From an uncultured Flavobacteriales bacterium (GTDB lineage Bacteria > Bacteroidota > Bacteroidia > Flavobacteriales_D > Crocinitomicaceae): 56,757 nucleotides of DNA. The stretch spans positions 1-56,757 of the forward strand of contig CAIRMS010000161.1 in NCBI GenBank assembly GCA_903879765.1, in the 5' to 3' direction. Position numbers and translations under genes: made by a program. Positions 45,957-53,483 of this stretch are shown piece by piece. Every line of letters begins with the position of its first letter. Position 1 is the stretch's first letter. Below the pieces are notes generated by a model that was not told where the DNA came from, ran no database searches, and saw nothing but the letters and a program-made list of their open reading frames with translations.

Positions 45957-46274
45957 AATGTGCTAATGATTTAATGTGCTAATGATTTAATGTGCTAATG
46001 GCTTAGTGTGCTAGTTGTCCAATGTGCTAATGTGCTAGTTGTCCAATGTGCTAATTGCTTAGTGTGCTAGTTATTTAATGTGCTAATTTGCTAATTGCTT
46101 AATGTGCTAGTTATTTAATGTGCTAATTTGCTAATTGCTTAATGTGCTAGTTATTTAATGTGCTAATGTGCCAGTTAGACAATGTGCTAGTTGTTTTATT
46201 TCGTGGCGGGAGCACATTAATCCATTGGTAAATTAGCACATTAGATCATTGCTACATTAGTACATTGATACATT
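45957..46274. repeat. octamer array A4: 30 forward units in unbroken phase (45957-46196), 14-nt spacer, 8 inverted units (46211-46274)
   Basis: Parsed by eye with no indel over 240 bp. Contains an exact 40-bp duplication (46077-46116 = 46117-46156) and a 16-bp duplication (45957-45972 = 45973-45988). It sits in the divergent region between the ankyrin operon and purF. Confidence 0.92.
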
Positions 46275-46279
46275 ATCAC

Positions 46280-46287
46280 TATCTTTG
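46280..46287 (+). promoter_or_regulatory. -7 promoter box (TAnnTTTG) for purF
   Basis: TATCTTTG starts 6 nt after the inverted arm of A4 and lies 20 nt upstream of ATG 46307. Confidence 0.4.
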
Positions 46288-46306
46288 CCGCAAACTTAAA
46301 CGAACC

Positions 46307-48208
46307 ATGAGTGATCCGATAAAACATGAATGTGGAATAGCTCTTTTAAGGCTGAAAAAACCTTTGGAATATTACCTGGAAAAGTACGGTACGGCACTGT
46401 ATGGCATCAACAAGATGCACCTACTCATGGAAAAACAACACAATCGTGGTCAAGATGGCGCTGGAATCGCGAATATTAAGTTCGATATGGAACCGGGACA
46501 ACGGTACATTTCTAGAACACGATCCATAAAAAAGAATCCAACACAGGATATTTTTGATCAAATCAATGGGAAATTCCAACAAATTCAACAAGAAAATCCT
46601 GCCCATCTGAAGGATGTTAATTACCTAAAACAAAATGCTGGATTCACTGGAGAATTGTTTTTGGGACACCTTCGTTACGGAACTTTTGGACGAAACTCCA
46701 TTGAAAGTTGTCACCCATTTTTACGTCAAAACAACTGGATTACTCGCAACTTGGTTGTGGCTGGAAATTTCAATTTAACAAACGTCGACGAGTTGTTTCA
46801 AAACTTGGTCAACTTGGGTCAACATCCGAAAGAAAAAAGTGACACAGTAACGGTTTTAGAAAAAATAGGCCATTTCCTTGATGTAGAGAATGACGACTTA
46901 TATGCTCATTACAAATCACTTGGCTATTCTAAAGATCAAATATATGCTCGCATCGCGAAAGAAGTTAATTTGGTTAAGATCTTGAAAAAAGCATCCGAAG
47001 TTTGGGATGGTGGATATGCCATGGCAGGGCTACTTGGTCATGGTGACGCATTTGTCTTACGAGATCCAAATGGCATTCGTCCGGCATTTTGGTATGAAGA
47101 TGATGAAATTTGTGTTGTTGCATCTGAACGACCAGTGATTCAAACTGCCTTCAACTTAACCAGTGATCAAATCCATGAACTTCAACCGGGACACGCATTA
47201 ATCGTGCGCAAAAACGGTGAAGTAAAAGAAGAGATGATTAATGCTCCTAGAGAGATTAAAAAATGTTCTTTTGAACGCATCTATTTCTCCCGCGGATCAG
47301 ATACTGACATTTACAAAGAACGAAAAGCTTTAGGAAGACTAATCGTTGATCAAGTACTAAGGACGGTTAATCACGATTTCGACAATAGTGTATTTTCATT
47401 CATTCCAAATACAGCAGAAGTTTCCTTTTACGGATTGATCAAAGGATTGGAAGAGAATTTGAATCAACAAAAAATCAAGCAAATTCAAACGCTTGGAAAA
47501 GATGCGAGTACAGAACAGCTAGCAGAAATCATCAACCGTCGTGCACGTATCGAAAAGATTGCAATTAAGGATGCCAAGTTGCGTACCTTCATCACACAAG
47601 ATGACTCACGTGACGATCTTGTTGCGCATGTATATGACATTACCTATGGAAGTGTGCGTCCAGGAACAGATAACCTCATCGTAATTGATGATAGTATCGT
47701 ACGTGGAACAACTTTAAAACAAAGTATCTTACGAATTCTTGATCGTTTGTCACCGAAGAAAATCGTTGTTGTTTCGTCTGCACCTCAAATTCGTTACCCG
47801 GATTGTTATGGAATCGATATGGCGAAAATGGGTGATTTCATCGCATTCGAGGCCGCTATTCAATTGTTGCGTGACCGAAAAATGGACCGTGTAATAAAAG
47901 AAGTATACGAAAAATGTATAGAGCAAGTAAACCTACCAAAGGAACAAGTTCGGAATTTCGTGAAAGAAATTTATGCGCCATTCAGCAACGAAGAAATTTC
48001 CGCGAAAATTGCTGAATTGTTGACTCCTCCGACGATCAAAGCGGAAGTTGAAATCGTTTTCCAAACAGTAGAAAACCTACACATTGCTTGTCCAAATCAC
48101 CTTGGAGACTGGTACTTCACAGGAGATTATCCAACACCTGGTGGAAACAAAGTGGTGAATAAGGCATTTATCAATTGGGTAGAGAAGAGGAACGAGCGAG
48201 CATATTAA
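46307..48208 (+). CDS. purF: amidophosphoribosyltransferase (long Bacteroidota-type class II glutamine amidotransferase)
   Basis: MSDPIKHEC|GIA Ntn-Cys after a short propeptide, and the PRPP-binding motif LIVIDDSIVRGTT. ATG 46307 is preferred over the track extension that reads out of array A4. Confidence 0.88.
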   Translation: MSDPIKHECGIALLRLKKPLEYYLEKYGTALYGINKMHLLMEKQHNRGQDGAGIANIKFDMEPGQRYISRTRSIKKNPTQDIFDQINGKFQQIQQENPAHLKDVNYLKQNAGFTGELFLGHLRYGTFGRNSIESCHPFLRQNNWITRNLVVAGNFNLTNVDELFQNLVNLGQHPKEKSDTVTVLEKIGHFLDVENDDLYAHYKSLGYSKDQIYARIAKEVNLVKILKKASEVWDGGYAMAGLLGHGDAFVLRDPNGIRPAFWYEDDEICVVASERPVIQTAFNLTSDQIHELQPGHALIVRKNGEVKEEMINAPREIKKCSFERIYFSRGSDTDIYKERKALGRLIVDQVLRTVNHDFDNSVFSFIPNTAEVSFYGLIKGLEENLNQQKIKQIQTLGKDASTEQLAEIINRRARIEKIAIKDAKLRTFITQDDSRDDLVAHVYDITYGSVRPGTDNLIVIDDSIVRGTTLKQSILRILDRLSPKKIVVVSSAPQIRYPDCYGIDMAKMGDFIAFEAAIQLLRDRKMDRVIKEVYEKCIEQVNLPKEQVRNFVKEIYAPFSNEEISAKIAELLTPPTIKAEVEIVFQTVENLHIACPNHLGDWYFTGDYPTPGGNKVVNKAFINWVEKRNERAY

Positions 48209-48343
48209 TGTGCTAATGTGCTAATTGTCTAATGTGCTATTGACCTAATGGGCTAATTTGCTAGTTGTTTAATGTGCTAATTGTCTAATGTGCTATGGTT
48301 ACAATGTGCTAGTTGTTTTAATGTACTGATGTGCTTATATGCT
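48207..48343. repeat. octamer array A5: 14 forward units in phase (48207-48318), a 1-nt slip, then 3 more units
   Basis: aatgtgct aatgtgct aattgtct aatgtgct attgacct aatgggct aatttgct agttgttt aatgtgct aattgtct aatgtgct atggttac aatgtgct agttgttt, then aatgtact gatgtgct tatatgct. Confidence 0.9.
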
Positions 48344-48418
48344 GGTGGAGTTCCTATTGATTTTGATGATTATGTGACGTTTAGAGAATAAAATTCAACT
48401 TCTTGCGTTAAATGATTC

Positions 48419-48769
48419 ATGACTGATTCTAAGAACCCATTACTCACTAAATCTTTTGATTTTGCACTATTGATTGTGTCGTTTTGTCAAGAGTTACAAT
48501 CCCAAAGAAGTTACGTTATTGCACATCAACTGTTGAAATCAGGTACTTCTGTTGGAGCAAATATTCGTGAAGCTCAGCATGCAGAGTCTAGAGCGGATTT
48601 CATTCACAAACTGAAAATTGCCTCCAAGGAATGTGAGGAAACAACCTATTGGCTCGAAATCTGTCAAGCAAGTTATCCCATGAATTGTGATACACTCATT
48701 AACGAATCACTCCAAATCGGTAAACTACTCAGTCGCATCATCTCCACTGCAAAACGAAATAGATCCTAA
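48419..48769 (+). CDS. four-helix-bundle protein (23S rRNA intervening-sequence protein / Avd-like family)
   Basis: 116 aa with the GTSVGANIREAQHAESRADFIHKLKIASKECEETTYWLEI signature of the family. Confidence 0.85.
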   Translation: MTDSKNPLLTKSFDFALLIVSFCQELQSQRSYVIAHQLLKSGTSVGANIREAQHAESRADFIHKLKIASKECEETTYWLEICQASYPMNCDTLINESLQIGKLLSRIISTAKRNRS

Positions 48770-48816
48770 ACTAATTGGCAAATTAGTCCATTAGTCCATT
48801 AGCACATTACTCCATA
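48769..48816. repeat. octamer array A6: about 6 inverted units
   Basis: aactaatt ggcaaatt agtccatt agtccatt agcacatt actccata. It begins on the last base of the TAA stop of the four-helix-bundle gene. Confidence 0.8.
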
Positions 48817-48842
48817 ATCCCTACTTTTATAAAAAATTAAAC

Positions 48843-50045
48843 TTGTCACTTATCTACTCCTTTTTTATTCGATGCTACGGCGTGTTGATTCACGTTGCTT
48901 CTCGGTTCAATCCGAAGGCGAAGGCCTGGGTAGAAGGACGACAACAATGGCAAGAGAAATTACGGAAACAAATTCCAAAGGAACGCAAGGTGTTGTGGTT
49001 TCATTGTGCTTCGCTAGGCGAGTTTGACCAGGGGTCACCCTTGATGAAGTCTATGAAGGAAGCCGACCCAAGTTTATTCCTATTGGTAAGTTTCTTCTCT
49101 CCATCGGGAATGGAACATTACCAAAAACGTGAAAAAATCGTTGATGCTGCTTGCTACCTTCCGCTGGACACACTCCAAAATGCACGGACGTTTGTCCAAA
49201 TAGTACAGCCACAAAAAGCGGTTTTCGTGAAATATGAATTCTGGCCAAATTTCCTTAGAGCTTTGGATGAAAATAACATCGAAACAGTAGCTGTATCGGC
49301 AATTTTCCGTCCCTCACAGCTCTATTTTCGTTGGTACGGTGGATTTTTCAGAAAGGCATTGAAACGCATTCATCATTTTTACGTGCAAAACGAAGAAAGT
49401 GCGAAGTTATTGAAATCGATAGGTATTCATCAAAGCACAGTTTCTGGCGACATGCGTTACAAACGTGTGGTACAAGCGAAGGAAATAGCAATGCAGACTA
49501 CCAATGAACTTCTTGCATGCTTTACCTCGGGTTCCATTACACTCATACTTGGGAGTTCTTGGCCTAAAGAGGAAGAAATCGTGTGTACGGCTTTTCCGGA
49601 GCTCGGAGCAACTAAATTGATCATCGCTCCACACGATGTGAGCGAGCAGCATATTGCATCCATTCAAGCAGCGTTTCCTTCAGCTTTGCGCTATACTCAG
49701 TTAGAAGTGCGTCGTGATGAACAGCAACTTTTGGATGCCCAGATCCTAATCATCGATTGCATTGGACAATTAAGTGCCGCTTACCGCTATGGAACAATTG
49801 CTTTTATCGGCGGTGGTTTTACCGGAAGTCTACACAATATCCTAGAACCTGCCGTTTATGGACTACCACTCCTATTTGGTCCAAAACATAGAAAATTTCC
49901 CGAAGCAGATTTATTTCTTGAAAAAGGCTTCGCCCTTGAGGTTAACAATCCCACAGATTTTCACAAAGCGTTCAACTCGCTACTTACTAAAGTATCTTCA
50001 CTGCGTCCAGAAATGGAATCGTTTGTTGAAAGTCAAATTGGTTAA
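48843..50045 (+). CDS. waaA: 3-deoxy-D-manno-octulosonic acid (Kdo) transferase
   Basis: N-terminal anchor, RFNPKAKAWVEGR and WFHCASLGEFDQGSPL motifs. TTG start, with no nearby in-frame ATG. Confidence 0.88.
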   Translation: MSLIYSFFIRCYGVLIHVASRFNPKAKAWVEGRQQWQEKLRKQIPKERKVLWFHCASLGEFDQGSPLMKSMKEADPSLFLLVSFFSPSGMEHYQKREKIVDAACYLPLDTLQNARTFVQIVQPQKAVFVKYEFWPNFLRALDENNIETVAVSAIFRPSQLYFRWYGGFFRKALKRIHHFYVQNEESAKLLKSIGIHQSTVSGDMRYKRVVQAKEIAMQTTNELLACFTSGSITLILGSSWPKEEEIVCTAFPELGATKLIIAPHDVSEQHIASIQAAFPSALRYTQLEVRRDEQQLLDAQILIIDCIGQLSAAYRYGTIAFIGGGFTGSLHNILEPAVYGLPLLFGPKHRKFPEADLFLEKGFALEVNNPTDFHKAFNSLLTKVSSLRPEMESFVESQIG

Positions 50046-50258
50046 TGTGCTAATGGACTAATGTGCTAATGGACTAATGTGCTAATATGCTAATTGGCTA
50101 ATGTGCTAATGGACTAGTTGCTTAATTTGCTAATGGACTAATTTGCTTGTTGATTGATGTTCTAGATACTTTCAGGCGCAGTGGAAATCCAATGGGCACA
50201 TTAGTACATCGAATCATTAGCACATTGATTAATTAACACATTGAATCATTAGCACATT
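50044..50258. repeat. octamer array A7: about 15 forward units (50044-50163), 31-nt spacer, 8 inverted units (50195-50258)
   Basis: Forward: aatgtgct aatggact aatgtgct aatggact aatgtgct aatatgct aattggct aatgtgct aatggact agttgctt aatttgct aatggact aatttgct... Inverted: ggcacatt agtacatc gaatcatt agcacatt gattaatt aacacatt gaatcatt agcacatt. Confidence 0.9.
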
Positions 50259-51018
50259 AATTATAATAATAATCCTTCGGCTGCTTCGAGTAAAATGGGA
50301 TGTACCAACCAATGCGAATACCTGTCTGAAGATCGAGGCGCAAAGCGGTGGACACAGGAATGTCCGGTTGGTCGTAGTTGATGGTGCGACGATTATACGT
50401 CAGACCTTGTTGGCAGTAGATACCTGCATAAAAGTTTAATGGTCCCCCATTGTTGAGGAAGGAATAACCTACAAACTGATGGAAGTTGATTCCGGTAGTC
50501 ATTCGGTCGTAGCCACGTTTGTATGTTAATTCGATTTGGGGAACCACTTGATCGTTGGTTTCGATGCGTAAGTGATGTAACAAGTAACCTGCGCCAGCGT
50601 GAACAAGAATTCCTGAATTGGCGTTTTTCTTTCCAGTTGGAAATAAGCGTCCAACGCTGAAGTTCGCATTAAATCCACGTGGAAAAACGAGGACGGTCGC
50701 CTTGGTTCCATTGACATCTGTAATGTTACCCTTGTCATCTAATAAGTGATCAAAGATTCCATTCATTTTAACGTTGTTGCCAAAGATGAAATTCGCATCA
50801 ACGCCGAAATACCATTGGCTTTGAAGTTTGTATCCTGCAGAAAAGCCAAGGTTATTGAGATAACCATATCTCGCTAATAAATCTCCGCCTGGTAGATTTC
50901 CTCCCCAATGAATTCCAACTAGAGGTGTGCTTATTGATTCATTTTTCACTTCTCCTTGTGCAAAAACAAGGTATTGCATTGAAAATACTAAACCGATTAA
51001 AACACTAAATATTTTCAT
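50257..51018 (-). CDS. outer-membrane beta-barrel protein of unknown function, co-transcribed with wzc
   Basis: Signal peptide (QYLVFAQ), alternating beta-strand pattern, and ATGA overlap with wzc. Confidence 0.5.
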   Translation of the reverse strand: MKIFSVLIGLVFSMQYLVFAQGEVKNESISTPLVGIHWGGNLPGGDLLARYGYLNNLGFSAGYKLQSQWYFGVDANFIFGNNVKMNGIFDHLLDDKGNITDVNGTKATVLVFPRGFNANFSVGRLFPTGKKNANSGILVHAGAGYLLHHLRIETNDQVVPQIELTYKRGYDRMTTGINFHQFVGYSFLNNGGPLNFYAGIYCQQGLTYNRRTINYDQPDIPVSTALRLDLQTGIRIGWYIPFYSKQPKDYYYN

Positions 51019-53483
51019 TTTCTCTTTCTAAGAAATCGTGAGTACATGCTAAAAATGAAACCTCTATTTTGTTTTGGAGAATCTAAATATTCGTTTCCAT
51101 AACCATAGCCGTAGCCGTATCCATATCCTGAACCATATCCATATCCTGAGCCATAACCGTAACCATAACTCGATTTTTTCATATCTACAGCATTAACTAA
51201 ACACGCCATTTTAGCGAATTTTTTGTCTTGGTACAAACTTGCTGGTAAATTCAACATACCGCAATCAATCAATTCAGCACGAACAACATAGATTACCATA
51301 TCTGCAAGTTTACTAATGTGTAAGGAATCTGAAACCAAGGCCACAGGAGCTGTATCTAGGATAACATAATCATATTTTTTTCTAGCTTCTGAGATAAGTT
51401 GTGTTAATCTATCTCGCATAAGTAATTCTGTTGGATTCGGAGGGATATCACCAGAAATGATGTAACTAACATTTGGATTTCCAGGATCTTTTATCGTTAG
51501 ATCATCAAACGTTAAATCTGGATTCACGATATAATTGGTTACCCCAACAGTGTGATTCATATCAATGTAACGTGCAATTTTCGGCGCTCGTAAATCTAAA
51601 CCGATAATTACCGCCGTTTTATTACCTTGAGCTAAGGTGTGGCAAAGATTAATCGAGATAAATGTTTTACCCTCTTTGGCGATGGATGATGTTACTAAAA
51701 TCACTTTTGCTTCATGTTGATCTTCATCAATCATAAAGTTCAGATTGGAACGAACCATGCGGAATGCTTCGGCAATATGGGTGCGCGCATTCTTGGTTAT
51801 GACAATTTTTCTTTGATCCTCGGGTCCTTTTGGAATTTCACCTAACACTGGAAGTTTAAACTTGAGTAAATCTTGTGATCCGTGTACTTTTGTGTCTAAT
51901 AGATTACGTAGGTAAACAACTGCTATTGGGAATAGTAATCCGAGTAAAAAACTAGCCAAATAAATGACACTTCTTTTAGGTGAGATTGGATTAATATTTG
52001 TGTTTGGTTCTTGTATGATTTTTGTATTACCAATGGACGAAGCCGCCTTAATTTCGTTTTCTTCGCGTTTTTGTAATAAAAAGACATACAACGTTTCCTT
52101 AATTTGCTGCTGACGCTCTATATCTCGGTATTCACGCTCGAATCCTGGAACAGCAGCAATTCTTCCTTCGTAACGATTTACCTGGTCATTTAATGACTTT
52201 ATTGTTATTCTTATACGCGATTCTGTTGAACGAAGTCCTTCTGTTAAGGAATAACGAAGTCCTTCAATCTGATCATCAATTTTTTGAATACTTGGATTTT
52301 TATTGCTGGATGTTTTTGACAATCGAAGTCGGTCCAAAACCAAGCGATTGTATTGAGCCGTTATTGCCACAACACTTTCATCCTCAAAACCGAGATTTGC
52401 TGGAAGCAATTCTCCTGGATTTACATTTTTCCGCATGTACTCCTCCAAATATTGGCAAAGATTTAATTGAACGGATTGGGTTATCAATTCCTTTTCGATT
52501 TCATCTCTTTTGGCAACAAATGATTGTCCATCCGTTAAAACATCAACGATTTCATGACGTGACTTAAAATTCTCTGCACTTTTCTCGACGTCACTCAATT
52601 CATCTGACAAGAAGCGCATGCGTTCATTTATGAAATCACTCGTATTTCGGGCAATTTGACTTTGATCTTTTATTTTTTCCTCCTTGTGGAATTGCATCAT
52701 AGACCAAATGATGTCTTCGTTTTTCTCAACGACGGGACCTTTGATTGTGATATCCACCAAATCAGATCCACGGTCTTTGCTATCAGGCATGGATAATTCG
52801 ATTATCGAATTGAGTTCTTCGACAACCATTTTCAATGGACGCAATTGAATGATAAACTCATCCTCAATAAAATACCTCCAAAAATTAGTGGTTTTTTCAA
52901 CTTTAACAATACCCGTTTTCGTTACGATAGGAGTTCCAAAAAGGTAAGTGCCGATTTTATTCTTTTCTCCTTCAACCAATTCAAATTTCGTTTTGGAAAG
53001 TATGCGAATGCGGAATTCGGCTTTAACATCTCTCCAAGTTGAATCCATCTTTAATGGGACAATAAAAAACGGCTCAACTTTATATACATCCGTTTTACGT
53101 ATCCCTGTTCTTCTACCGAGGATATACGTTCGTTGCTGTAAGTGTAGTTTTTCTGAAATTCCGGATAAAATGCCCGGTGTTTTCATCATAGCCATTTCAT
53201 TTCCTAACTTACTCCCTTGTGGACCGACACCCAAAGCAGAGAACATAGACAATTCTTCCATCACATTCTCTTCTTGATCATGGAATAGAATCTGCGCCTT
53301 TGTTTCAAAGATATTTGTGCTGTATCGTAGGTAAACGTATGAAGAAAATAAAGCGATTCCTATTGACAATAAAAACCAGGGCCAAATGCGTAAATAGCGA
53401 AATAAAATCCCTTTTAGTTGAACCGTTCCTTGGTCCTCAAGATCCATATCGAAGTTTCCCTCTGATTTTGTTTCTAAACTCAT
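51015..53483 (-). CDS. wzc: polysaccharide co-polymerase / tyrosine autokinase (Wzc-like)
   Basis: Two TM segments flank a coiled-coil Wzz-like domain. C-terminal kinase P-loop SSIAKEGKT, Walker B YVILDTAP, and the terminal Tyr cluster SSYGYGYGSGYGYGSGYGYGYGYGYGNEY. Confidence 0.9.
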   Translation of the reverse strand: MSLETKSEGNFDMDLEDQGTVQLKGILFRYLRIWPWFLLSIGIALFSSYVYLRYSTNIFETKAQILFHDQEENVMEELSMFSALGVGPQGSKLGNEMAMMKTPGILSGISEKLHLQQRTYILGRRTGIRKTDVYKVEPFFIVPLKMDSTWRDVKAEFRIRILSKTKFELVEGEKNKIGTYLFGTPIVTKTGIVKVEKTTNFWRYFIEDEFIIQLRPLKMVVEELNSIIELSMPDSKDRGSDLVDITIKGPVVEKNEDIIWSMMQFHKEEKIKDQSQIARNTSDFINERMRFLSDELSDVEKSAENFKSRHEIVDVLTDGQSFVAKRDEIEKELITQSVQLNLCQYLEEYMRKNVNPGELLPANLGFEDESVVAITAQYNRLVLDRLRLSKTSSNKNPSIQKIDDQIEGLRYSLTEGLRSTESRIRITIKSLNDQVNRYEGRIAAVPGFEREYRDIERQQQIKETLYVFLLQKREENEIKAASSIGNTKIIQEPNTNINPISPKRSVIYLASFLLGLLFPIAVVYLRNLLDTKVHGSQDLLKFKLPVLGEIPKGPEDQRKIVITKNARTHIAEAFRMVRSNLNFMIDEDQHEAKVILVTSSIAKEGKTFISINLCHTLAQGNKTAVIIGLDLRAPKIARYIDMNHTVGVTNYIVNPDLTFDDLTIKDPGNPNVSYIISGDIPPNPTELLMRDRLTQLISEARKKYDYVILDTAPVALVSDSLHISKLADMVIYVVRAELIDCGMLNLPASLYQDKKFAKMACLVNAVDMKKSSYGYGYGSGYGYGSGYGYGYGYGYGNEYLDSPKQNRGFIFSMYSRFLRKRK

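Noticed and set aside
43590-48769. A diversity-generating retroelement, prompted by the Avd-like four-helix-bundle gene near a repeat-rich surface protein.
   Set aside because: There is no reverse-transcriptase ORF anywhere in the window. I could find no template/variable repeat pair with adenine-specific differences. The internal repeats of the T9SS gene are ordinary diverged tandem domains.
49858-50061. ORFs that read into or across the arrays (49858-50061, and the first 18 codons of 43065-43454). Also the out-of-frame ORF 40301-40612 inside the Cys-rich gene.
   Set aside because: The array portions are closed in all frames within about 24 nt, and these ORFs exist only as read-through fragments. 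ORF 40301-40612 overlaps a better-supported frame with a signal anchor and conserved Cys motifs.
40098-50258. The octamer arrays could be CRISPR arrays.
   Set aside because: The units are 8 nt (16 nt super-period) with no unique spacers of 25-40 nt. There are no cas genes and no leader, and many arrays have inverted arms. This is incompatible with CRISPR architecture.
40090-50260. The array-rich 10-kb block could be a genomic island, prophage or integrative element.
   Set aside because: No integrase, transposase, tRNA attachment site, conjugation gene or phage gene is present. The block contains core genes (purF, waaA). The arrays look like repeat proliferation in situ rather than a horizontally acquired island, although compositional analysis was not possible here.
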